A stretch of DNA of 64,000 nucleotides from contig OZ024750.1 in the NCBI GenBank assembly GCA_964016885.1, positions 54,622,001 through 54,686,000 of the forward strand, in the 5' to 3' direction. Numbering within the stretch: the stretch's first letter is position 1; the number at the start of each line of letters is the position of its first letter. This document shows positions 52,326 through 64,000 of the stretch, piece by piece. Below the pieces are notes generated by a model. The model was not told the DNA's origin. It was given only the letters and a program-made list of their open reading frames with translations, and did no database searches. The position numbers and the translations under genes were made by a program. The stretch is from Eledone cirrhosa (lineage: Eukaryota).

Positions 52326-53014
52326 CTGATACTTTATTTTATCGACCCCGTAAGGATGAAAGGCAAAGTTAACCTCGGCGGGATTTGAACTCAGAAGGGA
52401 AAGGGCCGTAACTCTTTGCGTCAAAGCATGGCGTCCGACCCTCTACCGATACTGCCAATCCACCAATAATAATATTCGATTCGTTTGCAATTATACAAAC
52501 AGCCCCTTTTTTAAAGCCATGTCAGTAGAATGAGCCCCTCATTCTTGCTCTTGTTTTGACAGAACTTGTGTTGACACTCATGTTTCTGGGTATTACCCTT
52601 CATCAGTGCAGTTCACTGTTCACCTGCCAACTGTCAGAGCTAGTGAAAATATATGATATTTTTTTAAAATGTGACATGGCTTAAAAAAAAGAGACTGTTT
52701 GCATAATTGCAAACAAATCGAATATTATTATCAATATTGGAAAACTCTGATTACATTTATTGTATTCAGTCATGTAGAGCGATAACTTTATTTATTTATT
52801 TGAATATAGCAAAGCCGACCATTGATCGCTCATATACAGGAAACTGACTGGCCAGTCTACTGATATGCAAATCTGGCTGATCAGTGGATCTGCTAATATG
52901 CAGATCTGACTGATCAGTCAGTCTGCTAATATGCAAATCAGGCAGATCAGTCACTGTATATTTTAGAAAATATCATATATTTTCACTAGCTCTGACAGTT
53001 GGCAGGTGAACAGT

Positions 53015-53064
53015 GAACTGCACTGATGAAGGGTAATACCTAGAAACATTAGTGTCTGCAGTTC
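53015..53064 (+). ncRNA. Canonical type I hammerhead with a GUC site
   Basis: gaactgca CTGATGA ag-ggt-aat-acc-ta GAAA ca-ttag-tg TC tgcagttc, with a perfect 8-bp stem I. The inverted copy at 52573-52614 lacks the 3' stem I strand. Confidence 0.88.
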
Positions 53065-54313
53065 TGTTTACATGCCAACACAAGAGCAAGGATAAGGGGC
53101 TCATTCTACTGATATGGCTTTAAAAAATAAAAAAGAGGTTGTTTCCATAATTGCAAACGAATCGAATATTATTATTAATATTCGAAAAACTCAGATTACA
53201 TTTATATATATATACACAGAGATATCCACGTTAAGTTGTGGGGTCTAGTCTGCATGAAGAACTCAATGTAATCCGTATGTTGAAAATGTTGTAGGTTAAA
53301 ATAAACCCCGGAAAACAATAAAACATTAAAAGGAAAACAGAGTCATGATATATGTTAAAACAATGAAATAAAAAAATCAAGTTATTAGAAATATACTTCA
53401 CTGCTTTACGATCGTTTCTAGGTGATGATAATACATCGTAACTATACCTCGTTATCCATCTATGTAAGGTTAGTTACAAAATATCAAATAGGAAGAATAT
53501 TTACTCACATGCATATCACCAGCTGTTGTCAAAAGCAATAATAATTTTATTCAAAATAGTAGTTTAGTTCTATGACCTTATTTGGAGGTAGTTGAAGAAC
53601 TAACCAATCAGAATGTTTTTTTCCATATGATGTTAAGATGAAAAATAATTGACTTTCGTTGAGGTCATGACCCTTTGAAAGGAATGGTTGAATGGTGTTA
53701 ATAATAGAAATGCTATAAAAAATCTATTAGGAAGAAAGGGATTGTCAAATTGATAGTTGAATGTATATGGTATAGTGGAGTTTAAAAGGAATGTAAAAGT
53801 TAAATGTTGAGTTGTGTTGTATGGAGTTTTTAGGTTAATATAAATTAAAGTCATGGCTAGGAAAGATAATATATTAAAAGATGAAAATTATATTAAGATA
53901 ATGAAATACAGTAATGCAATAATATTATATAATGTAACACAATATAGTACGGTGTGGTAAATTGTACTTAATATAATACAGCGTATGATACGCCTTAAAA
54001 TACTTTCAAGTATGTCTATGTATAAATAATCAAACTCAGATAAATACATGTTGACATAGTCAAAACGCATAAATTTCATAGATCACAAAGTGCATATACC
54101 CACATTATAGATAGAGGTATAGTTATATTGATACTCAATTAAAAATATACATACGCATAAATAGATGCAAACATATACATACATCTACACATGTGCACAT
54201 AATCATACATACATATATTTATATATATATATATATTTTTACATATACACATCTATACACACATACATATATGTAAGTACACACACATATAAACACTCAT
54301 ACACATATACTCG

Positions 54314-54397
<84 letters not shown>

Positions 54398-54398
<1 letters not shown>

Positions 54399-55445
54399 GT
54401 AAATATCTTTAAGTCGTTTGGAAGCCTCGACAATGCAAATGGGTAAATCTCCGGGTAACAAGGTCCGGTGGTGGAGAGAGAGATGTAAGTGGGTGTACGT
54501 TGAGATGCGTGGTGTATAAGATGTGTAAATGTGTAGAAGAAAGCAGGGAAGAGTATAAAGGATAAAATTAAAATAACAACACAAGAGAGAGTTACCTTGG
54601 GAAAGATTTAATAGTCCCTATATATTTCGGATTCACATCCATCAACTGGGGTTTTTTTCCGGGGTAAAGGTTGTCTGTCGGACAGGTGCGAAACGCGTCC
54701 TCCGCTGTTTGTTGTTTTGAATATCTGAGGCATTCGGCAGAGCGCGCGTGCGCGTGAAATGGGCTCGGTCGGGCAGAGGTCAGCGGCCGAATGAGGGAGT
54801 GGTGTGGCGCTAGCTGTCAGTCCATTCTCTGCCTGTTTGTTAAATGTTACTGTGTGTGTGTGTGCGTGTGTTGTTGTCTCGCTTGAGTGTGTGTGTATGT
54901 GCGTGTGTTGTTGCCTTGTTCCTCTGTATTGGCAGTGTAGTATGTTCGTATGGTGGAATGCTACTGTGTGTGTGTGTGCGCGTGTCTGTGTAGTTGTCTC
55001 GTTTGTGTGTGCGTGTGTTGTGTGTTGCTACATCGTTTGTTAACTTAAACCAGCCATCTCATTTCGCTTCTCTCTAATCGGTTGTTTATTTGCGGTTGCA
55101 GGCGTTTGATAAAAAGCGCTTCCTTGATACGTAACGTGCCGACGTTTCTTTCAGTCGCTAGAATTGTGACAATGGGCCTTCCGTCTTTGTTTCCGCATTT
55201 GTCTATGTGTTTCCGGAAAGACGAGGCCCTGGTTTTAGTGTGTTCCTTGATCCGGATGTGCAAAGGTCGGATTGTGCTACCTATGTAGTATTGGTTGCAC
55301 CTGTCACATTCTATCTTATACACGACGTATGTGCGTAGGCAACAGTTCGCATGGCGTATCGGGCAGTCTCTGAGGGAGCATCTTGTTACCCGGAGATTTA
55401 CCCATTTGAATTGTCGAGGCTTCCAAACGACTTAAAGATATTTAC
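54398..55445 (-). mobile_element. Small 5'-truncated PLE (GIY-YIG only) nested in the Naiad 3' UTR microsatellite
   Basis: VVYKIECDRCNQYYIGST..RIKEH..IKEALFIK..PQIN. Inverted ends of about 64 bp at 54399-54462 and 55382-55445. Confidence 0.85.
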
Positions 55446-58400
55446 TTATTATTCCACAATGCTTCAAGCAAACTTCAATACTCTCATATATATATATATA
55501 TATATTCACATATCATACATACACAGATACATATTTACTCATGCAATTGAGGGTGGTTGTGTACCTTTAGTCATTAGCGCATAAATCTAAAGAAGCTAAA
55601 AAATTAAAAGGTAAGAAATAGACATGAATGCATATAATTAGGGGAAGGGATACTAACAAATGTTACGCTACACAGAATTATAGTGAGTTGCTATTTAGAA
55701 TATTTAATTAGGTTTATAGTACTTAAATGTTTTTCGTATACAGTGATTACAAACTATAATCAGCTCCTGTCTTTTATTCAATAAGACGTCCTTAGATTTA
55801 ATAATTTCCAAGATCTCCCCTGAACATAATCTACATTCTCTCCTGTTCCCAAGATATGGAGTTCTTGAAATCTATTTTTTCTTTTTATAGTTATTTACTG
55901 CTTCAGCTAAAGATGTGGTGTTAGCTAGTTTAGTATTGTTAAAACTACTAAAGTGTGGGTAAAATCTTTTCTTAAATGTGTTTGATGTAGATCCTATATA
56001 TGTTTTGTTGGAGTCAGTAGTAGATACAGTGCATTTATATATTACATTATTAATCAAACGGTTGACATTTAGGGGGGAAATGCTTCTATTTCTGCAATTA
56101 CAACCATACGTAAGATGGTTGTTGGTGGTACCCATACCATTCTCATTAATTCTTGAGCTATTCCTATTGTAATTAATGTTAGCGGGAGGATGAAGGTTGC
56201 TTTGTGGGTGGTTTAGTGCTAGGGTTGTATTGTGTTTTTGTGTTAGAGATTTGGGTGGTTGTGTTTTACAGGTTGAAGGATTGTATTATTTGTCCTTTTA
56301 AAAGGTGCAGTCCTATTTAAATTATGTTGTGGTGGTGTGGTCATATTATTTTTAAATTTATAAATGTTGTAGTTGCTTATTTTTTGCTGGAGATTACTTG
56401 ATGAAGAGTATGAGAATTTAACAGTATATCTGTTAAATATTTGGTGGTATCTGTGGTTTGGTGGAAAATGTTTATGTAGAATTTCGAAGAATTTTGGGGG
56501 GATTTGTCCAATAGTTTGCAGGTTGAAGGGTGCGTTGTACCATGTTATGTTTCTTTTGCGGTTTTTAGTTAAGTTCTTATTACCACTTATATTAATGTGC
56601 TGTATTCTAGAAGAATTCCTATGGTTAGTATCCGTATTTGTGGAATTTGGTAAACTACCGTGGTTGTATTTGGTGTTATTATTGGGTAGATTATGGGAGG
56701 TTGAATGTTTGGTAGTCATATGTGAGTTGATAACATTGGTCATAGATCGTGTAGTAATAGTTGTTGTGGTTTTTCGGTTGTTTGGTGTAATAGGAATAAC
56801 CTCATTAGGTATTTGTTTCAATGGTATTTTTTGGTGTTTGTAGTTTTTGCTAGGTTTTATATTTTGGTCCATAGTAGTGTTGGGGATATATGAGATTTTT
56901 TCTTTATATCCACTTCTAGTTAAGGCCTCGTTGTAGAAGGGTGCATTATTATAAAATATATCTTCATTGGAAGATAATTTAGAAAGTCTAAGAGACTTGT
57001 TATATACTAAGTTTTTGAGTATAGAGCCAGGGTGGTTAGAGCGTGAATGTACATAGTGTAGATTCTGGTTGGGTTTGTTGTAAGGTTGATAAATATTGGT
57101 AGAGAGGTCTAAGGTAACGTCAAGGAAATTAGCTACTTTTGAAGTGTTTTCAAAGGTGATGTTAAGGTTGTAGTAGTCCTTGAGGAATTTTCTAATTTGT
57201 TTTTTGTTTTTCTCTATATTGGAATTGCTAAGATTGTTAGATAACAATAGACAATCATCCCGATAAAGACCACCTTTGAGGTGGGGAAAAAGAGGAATGA
57301 ATATTATAGAGGAGAAATAGTCCAACGAGGTCTGTAACTTGAGCAGAGTCCATGGATCCCATCGTAATATCGAATAAGTTGTTATATGTGTTTCTTGTCC
57401 AGTGTTCTTCTTGGAATTTAGTAAGGTTTTTCTAGCGTGAGTTATGATGTTGATTTCCTCAGTAGATAAATTCGATCTATTTCTGGCGAAGATCAGTGCT
57501 TTGTTTAAAAGAATTGGAGAAATCGAAGAATAGTAAGAATCGATGTCGAATTGAATGAATGAAGCTGAGTTTTTATTCTCGATGCTAGTGAACCATTCAA
57601 TAACTTGGGAAGTGTTATCCCATAATGGAAGTGTTACAAATTTTCTAATTTGCGGAATGATTCGATCAATAATTTTCTTGCTGATATTACCGATATCAAA
57701 TTTTGATTGGCATATCAGTCTAATAGATGGGTTCGAATTAAAGTTTATGGTCCTTCAGGTTGAAGTGCGGGCTTTTAGGTGTGAAAGGCTCAGTTCTATC
57801 TTCAATATGGAGTTTTTTTTTATATATCACATGATATGTTGTTCAAGGATGTCAGTGCGGTGGTATTTGCTTTTTTATAGTTTTTTCTAAGTTCTTTATA
57901 TATGAACTGGTTATATTTATCGATATCCATATGGTACAGATTATCAGTTTTGTCAGAATGGACATGGACCTTGTTTGAATTTTTCAGTTGTAGAAGGGTA
58001 GAGTCTAATCCCTTTTGGAATTCAGATTTGTGTTTTCTGAACTTTATATTTTTAATCATGTTCATTAGGGCGCTCTCAAAATTTTCAAGTTGAATATTAT
58101 GAGGAGGATTTTTGTATGTTTTGAATTCATAACGGTATTTCATTTCATTTGTATTGGTTTTGTTGTCAAAATGATAGGCCCTCCATCGCATTCTCCTAAT
58201 AAATTGGTTAGTTTTTTGTATTAGCAAAGATAGATATTCATCTTTAGGGGGAATTGGAATATTCTTCAATGAAGTACCCAAATATTGTTTTTCCATTGTG
58301 ATGCAGGAATTAGATAAAGAAAGAGCTCAACTAAATATTATAATCAATTATGAAAAAATATATTGAAGGAGCAAAATTCACAGAGATATCCACGGTAAGT

Positions 58401-59231
58401 TGTGGGGTCTAGTCTGCATGAAGAACTCAATGTAATGCGTATGTTGAAAATGTTGTAGGTTAAAATAAACCCCGGAAAACAATAAAAGATTAAAAGGAAA
58501 ACAGAGTCATGATATATGTTAAAACAATGAAATAAAAAATCAAGTCATTAGAAATATACTCTATAATATACACTATAATTCTATGTAGCGTAACATTTGT
58601 TAGTATCCCTTTCCCCTAATTATAGGCATTCATGTTTATTTCTTACCTTTTAATTTTTTAGCTTCTTTAGATTTATGCGTTAATGACTAAGGGCAACAAG
58701 GTACACAACCACCCTTAATTGCATGAGTAAATATGTATCTGTGTATGTATGATATGTGAATATATATGTATATATATATATATAAATATATATGTGTGTG
58801 TGTGTGTATGTATGTGTGTATATGCGAGTATATGTGTATGAGTGTTTATATGTGTGTGTGTATATTTATGTGTGTGTACTTACATATATGTATGTGTGTA
58901 TATGTAAAAAAATATATATATATAAATATATGTATGTATCATTGTATGCACATGTGTAGATGTATGTATATGTTTGCATCTATTTATGCGTATGTATATT
59001 TTTAATTGAGTATCAATATAACTATACCTCTATCTATAATGTGGGTATATGTACTTTGTGATCTATGAAATTTATGCGTTTAGACTATGTCAACATGTAT
59101 TTATCTGAGTTTGATTATTTATACATAGACATACTTGAAAGTATTTTAAGGCGTATCATACGCTGTATTATACTAAGTACAATTTACCACACCGTACTAT
59201 ATTGTGTTACATTATATTATATTATTGCATT

Positions 59232-59409
59232 GGATTGGCAGTATCGGTAGAGGGTCAGACGCCATGCTTTCCAGCATAGTTACGTCCCTTTACGATCTGA
59301 ATTCAAATCCCGCGGAGGTTGACTTTGCCTTTCATCCTTACGGGGTCGATAAAATAAAGTACCAGTAATGCACTGGGTGATTGCTGGCCTTGAGCCTAAA
59401 GTAGAAACA
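59232..59409 (+). mobile_element. tRNA-derived SINE with a 21-bp TSD
   Basis: Same family as 851-1038. TSD attatattatattattgcatt at 59211-59231 and 59410-59430. The empty site is in the other arm (about 53910-53940). Confidence 0.9.
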
Positions 59410-59816
59410 ATTATATTATATTATTGCATTACTGTATTTCATTATCTTATTATAATTTTCATCTTTTAATATACTATCTTTCCTAGCCATGACCTTAATT
59501 TATATTAACCTAAAAACTTCATACAACACAACTCAACATTTAACTTTTACATTCCTTTTAAACTTCACTATACCATATACATTCAACTATCAATTTTACA
59601 ATCCCTTTCTTCGTAATAGATTTTTTATAGCATTTCTATTATTAACACCATTCAACCATTCCTTTCAAAGGGTCATGACCTCAACTAATGTCAATTATTT
59701 TTCATCTTAACATCATATGGAAAAAAACAATCTGATTGGTTAGTTCTTCAACTAACTCCAAATAAGGTCATAGAACTAAACATACTACTAATTTACTAAT
59801 TTTGAATAAAATTATT

Positions 59817-59956
59817 ATTGCTTTTGACAACAGCTGGTGATATGCATGTAAGTAAATATTCTCCTTATTTGATATTTTGTAACTAACCTTACATAGATGG
59901 ATAACGAGGTATAGTTACGATGTATTATCATCACTTAGAAACGATCGTAAAGCAGT
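59817..59956 (+). ncRNA. Type I hammerhead with U3-A8 core and a stem II of about 107 nt
   Basis: attgctt TTGACAA [long fold-back] GAAA cgatcg TA aagcagt. The copy in the element's sense orientation is at 53400-53539 (-). Confidence 0.7.
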
Positions 59957-59998
59957 GAAGTATATTTCTAATAACTTGATTTTTTATTTCATTGTTTT

Positions 59999-60070
<72 letters not shown>

Positions 60071-60100
60071 GTTATGTAATAAACAACATAAGGCAATTAT

Positions 60101-60158
60101 TCCATTTACCAATGGTTTCTTAAAAGCAAAAAATGTTGCTTTCAATCATCAGAATGAA
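60101..60158 (-). ncRNA. Canonical type I hammerhead with a GUA site
   Basis: ttcatt CTGATGA ttgaaagcaa-cattt-tttgcttttaa GAAA cc-att-gg TA aatgga. Confidence 0.88.
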
Positions 60159-60259
60159 AAAATCCTGGTGTATTTATTGATATTGGATTCTAAAAACAAA
60201 AATGCAATCTATATGAAAGTGAGGCTGGAGAAGGAAGAAGGAAAGGAAAAATGAAATAA

Positions 60260-60269
60260 AAACACACAT

Positions 60270-60312
<43 letters not shown>

Positions 60313-61025
60313 TATATACATACACACATATATATACATACACACATACATACACACACACATATACCCATATATATGTGTATATATATACATACACATA
60401 CATATACACATACATACATACACACATAAATATCAACATATCCATACATACACATACATATATACAACCAAACACATATATATACATATATATATAGAAA
60501 TAGAAATATATATATATATCTTTGCATACACATACACATACATAGCCATACACACATACATATACATACATACATACATACATACATACATACATACATA
60601 CATACATACATACATACACACAATCATACGTATATACACACGTACATACATACACATACATACACACATATATACATGCATACACAAAAATAGAAAAGTA
60701 TACACACACCTGTACATATTCACACACGCAAATAAATATAAGAAAAAATATATATAATAATAAAAGACATAAAAAAGAAAATAAAGACTATTATAAAGTT
60801 GACAGCGATACAGTCAACAAATAAATGAAAAACACACGTGGTAAGCAATACACACAAATGCACGTACACATACATACGTAAAAATAAATACATACACACA
60901 CTCTCACACATAAATATACATATACAAATACATAAACACATACATACGCATACACAAATACATACACACAGACACACACACATATACATATATACACACA
61001 CATATACATACATATATATATATAT
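60260..61025. repeat. Degenerate (CA)n/(TA)n/(CATA)n microsatellite field
   Basis: Seen directly; it explains the many Y/I/C/V/M-rich spurious ORFs. Confidence 0.9.
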
Positions 61026-63908
61026 ACAATATTAAATAAATGGAAACTATATTTATAAAACCATATCTATTTCATTATATATATTTCAGGGATATCATAT
61101 TAACAATATGCTATGCCTTCCTCAGACAAAATACAATATAAACAGTTTTATAGATAAATAGATTTGACATACCGTAACAACCTCGACTTGTATTTGAAAA
61201 GTTGATTTGGCAGGGAAAAAATTGTACACAGAGAGAAAGAAAGAGAGAAAAAACTTATTGATAATAATAACTCTGAACTAAATAGAAAATGTAAACAAAT
61301 TACACAATTTTTTAATTACTTTAATCTTAAAATAGAAATTGAGAACAACCATAGAATAGTCAATTTCCTAGATATAACATTAAATCTCAACACATATCTT
61401 CACTATCCTTTTCACAAGTTGAATGAAAACTTAAACTATGTCATCTTTAACTCTAGCCACCCCAGATCTGTCAAAAACGTATCTCTAGGATCTCGTCGAA
61501 TAGAAAGATTTTCGACGAAAAAGCCCAATACTACAATGAAGCATTAGCTAGAGCAGGATATGCTGATAAGATTATGTACATAGATAATGATAGACAAACT
61601 AAACAAAATAACAACTATTTTAATTACGGCAACAACCTTAACAACTATAATAGAATGCATTACAGTAATTCCAAAGGCCAAAAAAGAAATAGAACTAGGA
61701 ACATAATTTGGTTTGCCCCCCCTTTCTCACTAAACATTAAAACCCACATCGCTAAACTATTTTTTAAAGCTCTTGATAATCGCTTCCCTAGAACACATAG
61801 GTATCACTCAATTTTCAATAGACATACAATTAAATTAACCTACTCATCCACCAAAAATTTAGCACAAAATATTAATAGAATAAATAATAGGAACTTAAAA
61901 CCTAGTGATAATAGCATAAATAATATACAAGTTAACAAATGTAACTGTAGAGATAGATCTAAATGTCCGTTAAATAACAACTGCTTAGTTAAAAATATAG
62001 TATACAATTGTAATGTTAAAACTGACTCTAATTCTTTTAACTACGTCGGTTCCACATCGACGGAATTTAAACTTCGCTATAATAACCACAAGAATTCTTT
62101 CACAGATCCAAGCAAGAAATCTTCAACGGCACTATCAGGCGTACTCTGGCAACTTAAGCTAGATAACGTTAGATATTCGACGGCTTGGAATATAGTCTCA
62201 AGAGGGATTCCTTTTAATTCATCCTCTGAGACATGTGACCTCTGCGCAGAGGAGATATTCTTTATACTAAAATCTAAAAATTCCCTTAATCTACGGACAA
62301 ATTTATTCAGTTGCTGCAAACATAGATTAAACTCAACGTTTAAATATAAATTTAAATTTAAAATGTAGTATATTTAGTTTGATTTATAATTATATGGGAA
62401 ACTAGCCGATAAATCTTTGATTTCTTCTTTTTATTTTTATTTTTTATTTTTATTTAAACATTCTTCATGAAAAATTAAGCTACCCTAAAAGTTGATGCTC
62501 CAAATATTTCGAATAAACGTTACACTAGATAAACTTCTATATTAAATATAAGAACACATGTAGACCAAATGGGCATCCTAAACTTTTTGAAATGATTTTT
62601 GCTAGATGCGATTTGATAAATAATTTTTGGCTTTATCTGTTTTTCGACTCTGATGCTTATAATGAACTTGGCAATATATTGTCAATTAATTTTGAAGGGT
62701 TGATCTTTGTGGTTTATTTTTATTGTTGTAGTATTTTCTAATATTTTTATTTTTAATATTTTTAATATGTAATATTTTTAATATGTAATACTCTTTCGTA
62801 ATATTTTTTAGTTTTCTATCTTATTATTACTTATTATTATTATTATTGTTATTTTTTGTTTCTGATATATATTTTTATTAGTATATTGAAATCTGTTCTC
62901 TATTTCTGCTTGATAGATAATCTTGTAGAGTAAAGACAGGAATAGTAGCAATATTGACTCTATATATATTTGTGTGTATATATATACACATATATGTATA
63001 CTTAAATTATTATAGCACAATGAGAATGTTTTCCGTGAACTTAGGGTTTGCAGAGTTGATCATATAAATTCACATAGATGTTTGTAGTTATCACATAAAC
63101 ATATGAATTTTTAAAAAAAACTAAACATAAGATCATTTTCACACATTATGGATACATGTCTCATTCAGAAATACTGATATTTACAATATAGTGGCTGGTT
63201 TTTATACATACGAATACCTCTACATTAAAACATAGGGTTTTTTATGCCTCGCCTATGTCTGGTTATTTTTAATTTTTCTCTATATATAACAGCTGGTTTC
63301 TATCCTAACCACATATATCTCCCTTACATTAATACTAGAGCTAAATAAATAAATAAATAAATAAATGTATCATTGATACGTTTACTCAACTGACGTCCCA
63401 CTACCTAGTTTTCTATATATATGTATCTATCTCTATTTCCTCTCTCTCTATATATATATATATTTCTCTCTCTGTTTCTTTACATGAAGTTCTTCTCTTT
63501 ATCTATCTTTCCATCTCTCTATTTTGTTCCATGCATTTCTTCTTTTTTCTTCTTTTTCTTCGTTTTCTGTCTTTCTTTCCTTTTTTTCTCTCTTTTTTTC
63601 TCTCTCTCTTTCTCTCGGTGTACAATTTTTTCACTGCCAAATCAACTTTTCAAATACAAGTCGAGGTTGTTACGGTATGTCAAATCTATTTATCTATAAA
63701 ACTGTTTATATTGTATTTTGTCTGAGGAAGGCATAGCATATTGTTAATATGATATCCCTGAAATATATATAATGAAATAGATATGGTTTTATAAATATAG
63801 TTTCCATTTATTTAATATTGTAAATATACTCCAAATACTTGTCGAGTGCTTTTATATCAGTTATAAATATTTACTAGTTGTAACCCAACAATTTAAATAT
63901 AACTTTCC

Positions 63909-63910
<2 letters not shown>
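61025..63910 (+). mobile_element. 5'-truncated Naiad-like PLE with an inverted pLTR
   Basis: RT thumb remnant (VNFLDITL, about 61360) and ORF 61574-62368 (NIIWFAPPFS, CNCRDRSKCPLNNNCL, YVGST, CDLC). Arms about 61025-61253 and 63594-63822. Confidence 0.92.
63714..63779 (+). ncRNA. Type I hammerhead in a PLE pLTR
   Basis: tattttgt CTGAGGA agg..catatt-gtt-aatatg..cct GAAA tatata TA atgaaata. Inverted copy at 61068-61133. Confidence 0.85.
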
Positions 63911-63941
<31 letters not shown>

Positions 63942-64000
63942 TACATATATACATAGCCATACAATTATACACATACAAATACATATATATCACAACCAAA

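Larger units (their letters stand above)
53215..60005 (-). mobile_element. Near-full-length Naiad-like PLE with direct pLTR segments and a long inverted arm
   Basis: Frameshifted ORF 58296 to about 55710: KNIPIP..IRRMRWRA, FDIDSYYSSI, MGSMDSAQV, LYRDD, NFLDVTL, NITWYNAPF, CNCR..YIGST..CRLC. Direct repeat 53215-53398 / 58379-58560. Inverted arm 58571-60005 versus about 53348-55685. Confidence 0.9.

Noticed and set aside
52845-52955. CRISPR-like repeats of about 33 bp
   Set aside because: They are contiguous tandem units without unique spacers, in a eukaryotic context with no cas genes.
54612-54652. Possible hammerhead on the minus strand (ggat-gtga-atcc GAAA tata TA ggg)
   Set aside because: The position in the PLE 3' region fits, but the 5' core reads AGTTGAT and cannot be aligned without deletions. 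At best a damaged remnant.
60190-61035. Many Y/I/C/V/M-rich ORFs (also at 17757-18129, 31207-31593, 38708-39060 and 54165-54584)
   Set aside because: They are translations of dinucleotide microsatellites.

Overview
This is AT-rich eukaryotic DNA, probably from an octopus or other coleoid cephalopod. That call is an inference from the repeat landscape: RTE LINEs with (GAT)n tails, tRNA-derived SINEs and abundant (TA)n/(CA)n. Almost the whole window is decayed retrotransposon sequence: about 12 RTE LINE copies or fragments, two CR1/L2-like fragments, a GC-rich RLE-type (CRE-like) fragment, about 9 Penelope-like element (PLE) copies or fragments (several Naiad-like), SINEs, a maT/Tc1-mariner transposon and two MITEs. 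The only host coding sequence I recognise is the 93-bp last coding exon of a PHPT1/janus-like gene (11086-11178, +), which the ORF track missed. The main hidden signal is more than 20 type I hammerhead ribozyme (HHR) motifs, read by eye. They include non-canonical cores (U3-A8 covariant UUGANAA, and CCGAUGA), very long stem II insertions, minimal stem III forms, perfect palindromes centred on an HHR stem II, and two small non-coding tandem HHR units (321 nt and about 440 nt) that look like PLE-mobilised retrozymes. Transposon boundaries are approximate. No ribozyme activity has been tested.
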